From: a virus | Taxonomy: Duplodnaviria > Caudoviricetes | IMG/VR virus record: IMGVR_UViG_3300016467_000324 | Span: 1 to 39,443 of that record | DNA: 39,443 nt | Direction: 5' to 3' (one strand) | In this document: positions 1 through 7,779 of the stretch, one piece after another | How positions within the stretch are numbered: position 1 is the stretch's first letter | Layout: the number at the start of each line of letters is the position of its first letter | Position numbers and translations under genes: made by a program | The notes under the pieces: model-generated | The model's input: only the letters and a program-made list of their open reading frames with translations | The model's database searches: none | What the model was told of the DNA's origin: nothing

Positions 1-202
1 AAGTATCCCAACGATCAATCTTAACATATACATTGCGGTTTTGTTTGGAATGAATCCACTGACAGAAATCACTAACCCAAGTATTGGATAACCATTCACC
101 AATACGATCACGATCTCTTTCAACAATACATAGATTTTCTAACCATTCAGCAATCTGATATGGTCCAATATAATGTTTATACTTTCCGATCCAGACTTTC
201 AT
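1..202 (-). CDS. hypothetical phage protein, 3' end runs off the window
   Basis: Manual translation MKVWIGKYKHYIGPYQIAEWL...VKIDRWDT, open to base 1; ATG overlaps the stop of the upstream ORF (TAATG). Confidence 0.65.
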   Translation of the reverse strand, partial: MKVWIGKYKHYIGPYQIAEWLENLCIVERDRDRIGEWLSNTWVSDFCQWIHSKQNRNVYVKIDRWDT

Positions 203-334
203 TATTCCTCACCTAAAACTTCTTTTAATTTCAAGATAGTTTTCTTTAACCCAGAATCATTGCTGAAATATTTCCATTGTTCACCGTGTTCCAATTCAAA
301 TTGGAGTAAACAATCCTTCAATAGTTGTTTGATT

Positions 335-628
335 TCATCGTTCATAATCAATCACATTAATCTGTTGTAACTTTCTTTCCCTAGACCAATTCTTCAGATA
401 ATCATTCTCATGGTCAAATACCTTGATGAATTCATCTTCTGTTACCTCAATAACATTAGCAATACTCTCATCAATATGTTTCTGACTACCTTCAATAAAA
501 TTATCCGAATAATCAGACTTGCACACTACCTCATCCATTGCGTGTTCTGCACACCTAGCCTTTACATAGTATGTGTGTCGGAATGTTGAAATAGTTTCTA
601 CCACATAAATTTTCTGTTCATCACTCAT
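335..628 (-). CDS. hypothetical phage protein
   Basis: Track ORF 335..700; start moved to MSDEQ, which follows a GAGG ribosome-binding site. Confidence 0.6.
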   Translation of the reverse strand: MSDEQKIYVVETISTFRHTYYVKARCAEHAMDEVVCKSDYSDNFIEGSQKHIDESIANVIEVTEDEFIKVFDHENDYLKNWSRERKLQQINVIDYER

Positions 629-988
629 ATATTTTACCTCAAGACTACCTTCATACTCTATATTGATCAAACTCATTCTTAAACACAATTGAATACCCAC
701 AGTATAACTCTGTGAAGTTTTCTTGTTTTGCGTAGATAAGTTTTGTTGTCAGTTGCTCGAATCGTTCCATTAGATGCAATGGCACTTCATATTGATTGCC
801 TTCGAATTGTCTATTCATCATCTAACCCTATAATTCCTTCTTCTTCTGGAGTTTCCAGAATAATGAATTCTCCAGTATCAAAAATGCGTTTAACTTTGTA
901 ATAGTTATATGCTGCCTTGACATATACCGGTTTAACTGGATCGTGCATACTCAAAACTGTACCTAGAGTGCCCGAGTCATAAGTATCT

Positions 989-1327
989 TTAAATTTTGAG
1001 ATCATTTTCTTTATACCATTGGTCAATTACTTGTTGAGTTTTATTTACCACATAGGGATCCTTTAATGGTAGAAAGGCACCAGAATCTCCGTTCCAAGTA
1101 GCGAATTCACGATCAAAGAAATCGATTTTGCAGTGTTGTGGATACTTAATCTGTAGGTCTCGGAGTTCATTGGCCCATTTTTGCCATTGATCGTCCGATA
1201 CGATATTTTCGTCCATCAGATAATAGATACGAGAATGCACCAGCATCTGGGATCGACGCTGGCGAATTTTAGATTTGATTTGTGATACAGTAAGTTCTTC
1301 AGTATCAAAGAAAGATTCAAGATTCAT
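989..1327 (-). CDS. stand-alone NAD+-dependent DNA ligase domain Ia-like protein (Nlig-Ia)
   Basis: H-x3-YY-x2-D-x3-SD-x2-W-x5-L-x2-L-x3-YP pattern matches the LigA N-terminal NMN-binding subdomain; no adenylation KxDG motif follows. Confidence 0.7.
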   Translation of the reverse strand: MNLESFFDTEELTVSQIKSKIRQRRSQMLVHSRIYYLMDENIVSDDQWQKWANELRDLQIKYPQHCKIDFFDREFATWNGDSGAFLPLKDPYVVNKTQQVIDQWYKENDLKI

Positions 1328-1360
1328 AATATTAATTTCACAGTGTCATAATGTGGAACC

Positions 1361-1389
1361 ATTATAACACATCCGGTCAATTTTGGCAA
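1361..1389 (-). promoter_or_regulatory. sigma70-type early promoter
   Basis: TTGCCA-17-TATAAT with TG at the extended -10 position. Confidence 0.65.
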
Positions 1390-1982
1390 GCCTCCTGACT
1401 TTCTATGAATTTTTTATTATTATATAGTATTTCCAATGAAATCATATCAAAAAAGATGGTCAAAGTCAATCTGGAATCATATATTGTTTTACCGAAAGAT
1501 TTCTGTATTGAGTGCATAAAATCACTCCGGTAAAGGACCAACCTATTATATTTGTTTTCGACTATAATTTCTTTTCCGTCTTTGATTATTATGGTTCCAG
1601 TGTCTTTTGGTGGATTTTTGTGTAGATATATTATTCCTGCAAATAATGTTGGATCCTGGTGTAACCATCTTTCATCAACAACATAATCTTCGGTAGTATA
1701 GTGAAAATACATTCTACCAAAACTAGTAAATGAATAATTGTTTCTATATAAACCCACACCTCTATCCAAAGTTTGATTCATAATTCGTTTGGTAAGATAA
1801 CTATATAGATTAATATCAAATTTTTGCAAGTTTAATGATCTATATCCTGGATAATAAACTTCTTGTCCCGGTATATTACCAGGATCAGAGTCAACATCAT
1901 AATATTCAATACACCGAGATTTAAACAAAAGTTCGTCTGGATTTTCCAGAAAATCATCAATTATGATTAAATCCTGTATCAT
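1377..1982 (-). CDS. 2OG-Fe(II) oxygenase superfamily protein (DUF6445-like)
   Basis: IIIDDF start, HxD (WLHQD), distal His (FMHS) and Arg (SRLT), NKYNRLVLY motif. Confidence 0.8.
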   Translation of the reverse strand: MIQDLIIIDDFLENPDELLFKSRCIEYYDVDSDPGNIPGQEVYYPGYRSLNLQKFDINLYSYLTKRIMNQTLDRGVGLYRNNYSFTSFGRMYFHYTTEDYVVDERWLHQDPTLFAGIIYLHKNPPKDTGTIIIKDGKEIIVENKYNRLVLYRSDFMHSIQKSFGKTIYDSRLTLTIFFDMISLEILYNNKKFIESQEACQN

Positions 1983-2559
1983 TACAATTTGCCTGATGTT
2001 GTAGATTGAACGTCATTTGTTCATAGAATATTGTTAGTGTTAATCTTGCATCATATACACTATCACCAAATGAATTTTGTGGTGAATGTAACAGATCGGC
2101 ATTATATAACACCAATCTATTGTATTTGTTTTCCACCACGATCTCTTTATCTTCTTTTATGATAATAGTTCCAGTATTCTTTGGTGGATTCTTATGAAGA
2201 TAGACAACACCTGCACATAAATTGTTGTGATCTTTATGGAACCATCTGTCCGTAAAGACATCTTTTTTTGTTAGGAAATGGAAAAAAAGTAGACCCCTAT
2301 AACTGCATTTCATATTGCAAGTATATGGAAAACTATGTGTATGTATCTTATCAAAAATGTTTTTATTTAATTTGACAAAAAGTGAATTATCAATTTCATT
2401 CAGTCTTCTTGTTCTTAGTCCAGAATAAAAGGACTCAATTTTGGAATAATTGTCGGGATGTGATAAATTATCAAAATAATCGAATTCTCTGGCCATTCTA
2501 ACCAGAGAATCCGGATCATCAAATACATCATCAATGACAATAATATCGGTCAACATCAC
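1957..2559 (-). CDS. 2OG-Fe(II) oxygenase superfamily protein, paralog of 1377..1982
   Basis: WFHKD, LLHS, ARLT; near-identical YLHKNPPK(D/N)TGTIIIK...ENKYNRLVLY segment shared with the neighbour. Confidence 0.8.
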   Translation of the reverse strand: MMLTDIIVIDDVFDDPDSLVRMAREFDYFDNLSHPDNYSKIESFYSGLRTRRLNEIDNSLFVKLNKNIFDKIHTHSFPYTCNMKCSYRGLLFFHFLTKKDVFTDRWFHKDHNNLCAGVVYLHKNPPKNTGTIIIKEDKEIVVENKYNRLVLYNADLLHSPQNSFGDSVYDARLTLTIFYEQMTFNLQHQANCNDTGFNHN

Positions 2560-2759
2560 CAGTCATCCGAACCAAAAATTTCCACTCTGAATTCTCCGGG
2601 TTGTCCCTTAATGGAGATATCCAGTATCATATCAAGAGAAGATCCTATTCCATGAGAAATATATTCGAATCTGTAATTTCTCTCTTGGGGAAACTTATTC
2701 ATAGTTTCAAGAATCTTTTCTACATCCTTCTTTTGAAGGTTAAAATTAGATACTGTCAT
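2556..2759 (-). CDS. hypothetical protein
   Basis: ORF translationally coupled to the oxygenase (ATGA overlap). Confidence 0.55.
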   Translation of the reverse strand: MTVSNFNLQKKDVEKILETMNKFPQERNYRFEYISHGIGSSLDMILDISIKGQPGEFRVEIFGSDDW

Positions 2760-2762
2760 AAT

Positions 2763-3083
2763 TTAAAATTTAAAAGTGTCTACAGGAATGAAACCATAGT
2801 AGGTTCCGTCTTGGAAGTCAAAGATTTTGATTGTTGCAAAGATTCTATTATCTCCCAACATCAAATGCCTACGCCTACAGGTTACGTCCCTACGAAACCT
2901 TAGTGGTTTGTGTTTCTGGTCAACGTAGAATAGTTTTCTATACACATACTTTCTTTGTTCAGTCTGAACCTTGATTTCTTTACAATCAAAGGTTACCGTA
3001 TCAAAAATCTCATATTGCAATCCATGTTTACCAACAACAGTGTTTCTTCCTTTAATCACAACAAATTTATGCTTAGCCATCAT
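2763..3083 (-). CDS. hypothetical protein
   Basis: ORF with GAGG ribosome-binding site and its own promoter upstream. Confidence 0.55.
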   Translation of the reverse strand: MMAKHKFVVIKGRNTVVGKHGLQYEIFDTVTFDCKEIKVQTEQRKYVYRKLFYVDQKHKPLRFRRDVTCRRRHLMLGDNRIFATIKIFDFQDGTYYGFIPVDTFKF

Positions 3084-3108
3084 TCACCTCATTAACATCA
3101 TGGACTGC

Positions 3109-3138
3109 ATTATAACACGATTAATGTTATCGTGTCAA
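3109..3138 (-). promoter_or_regulatory. sigma70-type early promoter
   Basis: TTGACA-18-TATAAT with TG at the extended -10 position. Confidence 0.65.
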
Positions 3139-3210
3139 CTATCTGTTAAGGATATATGTAGTCACTTCAAATCCGAGTCTAATGTCATTATATTCTGGTT
3201 TAGTCCACAT
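3139..3210 (-). CDS. pqqA: pyrroloquinoline quinone precursor peptide PqqA (23 aa)
   Basis: Manual translation [23 protein letters not shown]: W-x-K-P leader, R-x-G-F-E-V-T-x-Y core (the E-x3-Y pair cross-linked into PQQ), NR end; AGGAG at 3217-3221. Too short for the ORF track. Confidence 0.93.
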   Translation of the reverse strand: MWTKPEYNDIRLGFEVTTYILNR

Positions 3211-3234
3211 GATTATCTCCTGTTTTTTGATTTA

Positions 3235-4245
3235 TTATATATTTACTAAATTTTTCTTAAATGTGTTAGTGCAATTTTCCCAAGTCCAATTATCAGAATC
3301 ATTTTCCACTTCATGTCTTGGCAGTTGAAGTGCAAAATCTATTTCATCAATATTAATTTCATTCACCAAATAACCTGATATACCCTGATTAATTATCTCT
3401 TCAGACACAGTTCCTTTATATGCAATAACGGGTGTTCCTGATGCCATTGCTTCCAATTGTGTCAGACCGAAGGTATCTGTTTTGGATGGGAAAACAAATA
3501 CATCCGCATTAGCATAACTTTCTGATAATTCTTTTCCCTTTCTCTTACCGGCGAATAATACAGCTTCAGTATGATATTTTTTCATCAATTCTTTTAAGTA
3601 TGGGCCATCTCCAATTAAAACTTTTAAATATCCTTCTGGAACAGGTATCTTACAAAAATCATCTAATCCTTTTTCCTTAGAAACCCTACTAACACATAGA
3701 ATTATCTTTAAATGTGATTGTTCTGGTCTGTTTCTATAACTTGAATTGAATGTATCTCTATCTACACCTCTTCTCCAGATAACAACATTCTTAAATCCCT
3801 TTGATTCTAATAGTGTTTTTACCATATTGGTGGGAACTAATACATTCTTAGATTTAGAATGAAACCATTTAAAGTATGGATATGTTATTCCTTCATTTAT
3901 CTTAAACATATTCTTGATAAACTCAGGGAACATGGAATGATAAGAAGTAGAGTAATTATATCCCTTCATATCACAGTATAATTTGCCAGCCAAACCAACT
4001 GGGCCTTCTGTTGCAATATGAATATAATCTGGACTAATATCTTTAATCATACCACCAATATTAATGATATTCAACGAAATATCAATCTCTTTGTAAAACG
4101 GTAGAGAAGTAGTTTTAAACCTTTCTGGACTGATTATACGAACATTAAATTCTTTTGATAGAATTTCTATAGTTTTACTGAGTGTTCTCACAACACCATT
4201 GGTTTGCTTTGGTGTTGTGTCTGTTATGATTAATAGTGTCTTCAT
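3235..4245 (-). CDS. GT4 glycosyltransferase, Agt-like (diacylglycerol glycosyl/glucuronosyl transferase)
   Basis: ITD..P.Q.NGVVRTL, HIATEGP.G, YH..FPE, W.RGVD, RV..EK and FVFPS.TDTFGL..LEAMASGTPV motifs; start moved to MKTLL. Confidence 0.85.
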   Translation of the reverse strand: MKTLLIITDTTPKQTNGVVRTLSKTIEILSKEFNVRIISPERFKTTSLPFYKEIDISLNIINIGGMIKDISPDYIHIATEGPVGLAGKLYCDMKGYNYSTSYHSMFPEFIKNMFKINEGITYPYFKWFHSKSKNVLVPTNMVKTLLESKGFKNVVIWRRGVDRDTFNSSYRNRPEQSHLKIILCVSRVSKEKGLDDFCKIPVPEGYLKVLIGDGPYLKELMKKYHTEAVLFAGKRKGKELSESYANADVFVFPSKTDTFGLTQLEAMASGTPVIAYKGTVSEEIINQGISGYLVNEINIDEIDFALQLPRHEVENDSDNWTWENCTNTFKKNLVNI

Positions 4246-4412
4246 TTTTTCAAGCAAACGTATAGTTCGCCTTCCTTGTGATCTTTTTTGGATTTCTCCA
4301 ATTGTGTCGATGCAACTCTGCAAGATTCCAGTGAATCAAATTCTCCTATAGGTTGCCAGAATAAACTGGTACCTAAAGCTGCTACTGCTTGTAATGCTAC
4401 TAAAATATACAT
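4242..4412 (-). CDS. small protein with hydrophobic N-terminus and two Cys (56 aa)
   Basis: Manual translation MYILVALQAVAALGTSLFWQPIGEFDSLESC...YVCLKK*; fills the gap exactly and overlaps the GT4 start (ATGA). Confidence 0.65.
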   Translation of the reverse strand: MYILVALQAVAALGTSLFWQPIGEFDSLESCRVASTQLEKSKKDHKEGELYVCLKK

Positions 4413-4413
4413 T

Positions 4414-5169
4414 TTAATCCTCTTTGAGTATTTCGTCCCAAGTTACTATTTCAAATCTCCCATCAAAATGTTCAACTAATGCGGTACAAGATTCTACCCA
4501 ATCCCCATCATTCATATAAACGATACCTTCAATTCTTTTAATTTCAGCATGATGTATGTGGCCACATATCACACCATCATAGTATTTTCTTCTGCAATAG
4601 TCAACGAGATTATTTTCAAAATTAAAGATGAAATCTACAGCACCTTTTACTTTATGTTTCAGAAACTTACTGAAAGACCAATAACCGAAACCAAACTTGT
4701 GTCGAAACCAATTGTATTTTGTATTGAGATACAATAGGATATCATATGCTTTGTCCCCGAGATATCCCAACCAAGGAGTGAGTTTTGAAATACCATCGAA
4801 CATATCTCCGTGAATTACTAAGTATCTTTCTCCATTTACTCCGATATGATCTATTTTATTAACAAAATCAATCTTTCCAAAAGATAGTTTATGTGATAAA
4901 AATGGTCTGAGAAACTCATCATGATTTCCTATAACATAAACAACTCGCGATTTCTTGGATTGTTTTATAATCTGTTGAACAACACTATTATGTGACTTTT
5001 TCCATTTCCATTTGTTTTGTTCAATTTTCCATCCATCTATAATGTCACCAACCAAATATAATGTATTTGCAGTATTATGTTTTAGAAAATCACACAACAA
5101 TTCCGCTTTACAATCTCTTGTTCCCAAATGAATATCTGAAATGAAAATTGAACGATATTTGTTAGACAT
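4414..5169 (-). CDS. plcP: metallophosphoesterase of the PlcP/LpxH2 group, probable intracellular phospholipase C
   Basis: YRSIFISDIHLG, LYLVGDIIDGW, GNHDE (His rather than the GNRD of canonical LpxH), HGD.FD, CGHIHHA, YMNDGDWVESCTALVE; linked to an Agt-like gene. Confidence 0.75.
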   Translation of the reverse strand: MSNKYRSIFISDIHLGTRDCKAELLCDFLKHNTANTLYLVGDIIDGWKIEQNKWKWKKSHNSVVQQIIKQSKKSRVVYVIGNHDEFLRPFLSHKLSFGKIDFVNKIDHIGVNGERYLVIHGDMFDGISKLTPWLGYLGDKAYDILLYLNTKYNWFRHKFGFGYWSFSKFLKHKVKGAVDFIFNFENNLVDYCRRKYYDGVICGHIHHAEIKRIEGIVYMNDGDWVESCTALVEHFDGRFEIVTWDEILKED

Positions 5170-5206
5170 TTTAACCTACAGTTGAAATATGTATATAGAT
5201 TTTTAA

Positions 5207-5225
5207 TGTTACATTTCTGTTACAA
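5207..5225 (-). promoter_or_regulatory. Pho-box-like direct repeat
   Basis: Minus strand TTGTAAC-AGAA-ATGTAAC-A: two TGTAACA units with 11-bp period, about 40 bp upstream of the plcP-like ATG. Confidence 0.55.
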
Positions 5226-5242
5226 TAGTCATAATATAGAAT

Positions 5243-5271
5243 AAAAAAAGGGGAACCGAAGTTCCCCTTTT
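5243..5271 (-). terminator. intrinsic terminator after pmoC
   Basis: GGGGAAC-TTCG-GTTCCCC hairpin (cUUCGg loop) followed by a T run. Confidence 0.92.
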
Positions 5272-5288
5272 GTTTCAGTTAGAAACTA

Positions 5289-6053
5289 TTACTTTGCATC
5301 AATTGCCGTCATCAGTTCCTTTCCAATCAGATTGGCAAAAGATGAGAAGACCTGTAGCAATACACCCGCAATAGCCAAAGCAAGCCACCCAAAGAACACA
5401 AAACCATAATGTAAAGGGGCAACGAATAGTTCCTCCATGAACCAGAAGGTGTGTCCCCATTCATTCAGGCCGACATTAGGCAGAATCATGAATGGACCAA
5501 CCACAGTCACCAGGTAAGGTAGGGATAGACCTTCTGCGAAATATGGCAGGCGAGTCTTTGCATACAAGAATGCACCAAATCCAGTGATAATGTAGATTGG
5601 GTATGACAGATAGAACTCAATGATATGACTTGGAGTGAAATCAGTATCTCTTACGATAGTCTGATGCCAAGTACCATCTTGTTCAGTAAAGTATGATGCA
5701 CCCCAATAGATTGCATTTGCATATGCAAACAACCATACAAGGTGTGTCATATTACGACGAAGTTCCTCTCTTGGAGTAATTGCGGCAAGGTTACGATCCC
5801 TTGTCTTCCAGATGGAACCCCATAGAATACTAGCAGTAGCGACTTCTAGGACAATTTCTGTATACAAGAAATTCATCCAATAAGTTTCAAATTCGGGTGC
5901 GAATGAGTCAAGACCTGCGGCCCAACCATATACACCTTCATACCAACGCACCCAGGTATAAAATACCATGTAGATGCCGAATGCAAAAGTCAACCACGCC
6001 TTATTGAGTAGTGGTGCTTCTGCCTTTACAACGTCATTTGTAATAGCTGACAT
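5289..6053 (-). CDS. pmoC: particulate methane monooxygenase subunit C
   Basis: AGLDSFAPEFETYWMN, EQDGTWHQTIVRDTDFTPSH (Asp/His/His metal site) and PNVGLNEWGHTFWFMEELFVAPLH (Asn/His/His site); EAPLL..WLTFA and FLYTEIVLE resemble Methylococcus-type PmoC. Confidence 0.97.
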   Translation of the reverse strand: MSAITNDVVKAEAPLLNKAWLTFAFGIYMVFYTWVRWYEGVYGWAAGLDSFAPEFETYWMNFLYTEIVLEVATASILWGSIWKTRDRNLAAITPREELRRNMTHLVWLFAYANAIYWGASYFTEQDGTWHQTIVRDTDFTPSHIIEFYLSYPIYIITGFGAFLYAKTRLPYFAEGLSLPYLVTVVGPFMILPNVGLNEWGHTFWFMEELFVAPLHYGFVFFGWLALAIAGVLLQVFSSFANLIGKELMTAIDAK

Positions 6054-6150
6054 AATTTACCTCTTAATATAACATCTTACGTTTAACGAAAATAGCATCC
6101 TTGCCGAGTTTGATGCGACAATCCGTCACACCCTCCAAATCATTCAAAAC

Positions 6151-6158
6151 TATTTATA
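6151..6158 (-). promoter_or_regulatory. T4-type late promoter for pmoC
   Basis: Exact TATAAATA on the minus strand. Confidence 0.7.
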
Positions 6159-6163
6159 CTAGG

Positions 6164-6192
6164 ATTATAATATTCTTGACTGTTTTTGTCAA
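6164..6192 (-). promoter_or_regulatory. consensus sigma70 promoter for pmoC
   Basis: Perfect TTGACA-17-TATAAT. Confidence 0.85.
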
Positions 6193-6202
6193 GATTTTTC
6201 TT

Positions 6203-6227
6203 AAAGAAAAGGGGACCGAAGTCCCCT
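6203..6227 (-). terminator. intrinsic terminator upstream of the pmoC promoter
   Basis: AGGGGAC-TTCG-GTCCCCT hairpin followed by TTTCTTT. Confidence 0.88.
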
Positions 6228-6243
6228 CTCATTCAACATATTA

Positions 6244-6636
6244 TTAGTTAATTGGGAAATGTCCACGCTGGAACAGACAGTTAGAATATGCTCGCTTGTA
6301 TACCAAGTCTGCTTCATATTCACTATACCAGAGTCCGGCAATTGCCCCAATAGGTGCACCAGCCGCAGCCGCAACACCTGCACCGCCAGCACCAGAAATC
6401 AAGGCACCAATTACTGCACCTTCTGCGGCACCACCTGCGGCACTAATAATTGCGCCTTCCGCACCTTCCTGAACAAATCCTGCCGCCTTGAAAGCGAGAG
6501 TCTTACATTCAGCAAGGTCCTGCTGTTCGGTTGCCTGTGCCTTGTGTGGCATAGTATTCAGAGTGGGTTCCCACTTGGTGGTACCCGCACAACCAAACAA
6601 CATTGCAGAAAGTGCAAAAATCATAATTTTCTTCAT
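6244..6636 (-). CDS. glycine-zipper lipoprotein
   Basis: Lipobox LFGC after a signal peptide; Gly/Ala-rich GxxxG repeats; two further Cys flanking the zipper. Confidence 0.75.
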   Translation of the reverse strand: MKKIMIFALSAMLFGCAGTTKWEPTLNTMPHKAQATEQQDLAECKTLAFKAAGFVQEGAEGAIISAAGGAAEGAVIGALISGAGGAGVAAAAGAPIGAIAGLWYSEYEADLVYKRAYSNCLFQRGHFPIN

Positions 6637-6669
6637 ATAATATCTCCGTTAGTTAATAACAATTCACCA

Positions 6670-6918
6670 TTAATTCTGGTGAATAACACAAGATCCAGAA
6701 ATCCGAACAAAACGATTAGTTTCCTTTTCAACAAAGTACCAACCATCAGTTTGTTCTTCTGTATGAATTACTCCGGTTGAATAACCGTCATAATACTTAT
6801 GACCCCCAGACCAACATTCAATGTGACCTTCAGATCCGATTGCATGTACTTTTCCTCTATCGGCATCGGTGCAACCGGAAATGAACAACACACAAAGAAT
6901 TACTAAAAACTTTTTCAT
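6670..6918 (-). CDS. small lipoprotein
   Basis: MKK + hydrophobic stretch + ISGC lipobox. Confidence 0.7.
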   Translation of the reverse strand: MKKFLVILCVLFISGCTDADRGKVHAIGSEGHIECWSGGHKYYDGYSTGVIHTEEQTDGWYFVEKETNRFVRISGSCVIHQN

Positions 6919-7214
6919 TAATTAATTTCTCCTGATACTTCTTTTAGTCCATATGATAACACACTTTCATAACGAAAGGAACGCCATCCACCATCATCAA
7001 CAGACCAGACTGCCAATGCGGTGTCTCTCTGTGATTCATGTAGTTCCTTACTGCCCCAGTCGTTCTGGGGCAGATAAGATTCAATCAACGTACAGTTCAT
7101 GGTCCTTTTCTCACCATTGACCTTGGTGAAGACCACCTGCACCACATTAGACTTCAATAGTTCCTTTAGGTTCAACACTTCTTTTTCATTCATAATCATA
7201 ACCTCAAGCTGCAT
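6918..7214 (-). CDS. WYL_2 / Sm-like SH3-barrel protein common in T4-like phages
   Basis: V.FTK.NGE.R.M.CTL and VW.....GWRSFR motifs. Confidence 0.75.
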   Translation of the reverse strand: MQLEVMIMNEKEVLNLKELLKSNVVQVVFTKVNGEKRTMNCTLIESYLPQNDWGSKELHESQRDTALAVWSVDDGGWRSFRYESVLSYGLKEVSGEIN

Positions 7215-7761
7215 TTTTCAATAGTCTCAATGTCTTTCTTCCTGGAGTCTTTGCATCTCCGTTTTTCCAAGTTTTAAATGCGTGACAAGTTGGGCACAAC
7301 GTTTGCAGATTATCCGGATCATTATTTTCAGAACAACCATCAATATGGTCAACGTGCAGAATGCCGGCAAGTTCAAATTCAGCAGGCAATGTGGTCGTGC
7401 AGACAAATCCTAATCGACCATCAATATTCTCACAATAGTTTTTCCTGTGTTTGAGTGAAGGATGATTGCGATTCATCTTTTGAGTATGTGAAATAAACCC
7501 TTCTTCTACGGCCTTTGCATTCAAATACTCTCCATGAGAATCATATCCTGCATTTTCAGCAATAACTTGTCCGATGTTTTCTTTTCCTCTCTTTTTTGCA
7601 ATAAGGTCACTGTGGTGTTTCTGACAAAGATGCACACCATCAACCTTTCGCCACCTAGGTGTGCCATCTTTATTGTAATGACCAGTAAATTGTGCAGTAT
7701 TTTGACAACCGGGATGTTCACACTTAGGACGCACACCAAGATCCAATTTCACAATCTTCAT
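7204..7761 (-). CDS. HNH endonuclease with N-terminal Cys/His cluster
   Basis: LHVDHIDG...NN...NLQTLCPTCH motif. Confidence 0.85.
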   Translation of the reverse strand: MKIVKLDLGVRPKCEHPGCQNTAQFTGHYNKDGTPRWRKVDGVHLCQKHHSDLIAKKRGKENIGQVIAENAGYDSHGEYLNAKAVEEGFISHTQKMNRNHPSLKHRKNYCENIDGRLGFVCTTTLPAEFELAGILHVDHIDGCSENNDPDNLQTLCPTCHAFKTWKNGDAKTPGRKTLRLLKNAA

Positions 7762-7779
7762 AATATAAATCTCACTCAA

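Noticed and set aside
4414-5169. lpxH (lipid A biosynthesis) call
   Set aside because: GNHD rather than GNRD, linkage to an Agt-like gene and a Pho-box-like repeat favour PlcP.
5289-6053. amoC or pxmC instead of pmoC; host contamination
   Set aside because: Motifs resemble gammaproteobacterial PmoC; no pmoA/pmoB follow; flanked by UUCG terminators, a T4-type late promoter and phage genes.
6259-6780. Long plus-strand ORFs such as 6259..6780, 8129..8557, 21294..21863, 25458..25889
   Set aside because: Antisense shadows of well-supported minus-strand genes, with no motifs or ribosome-binding sites.
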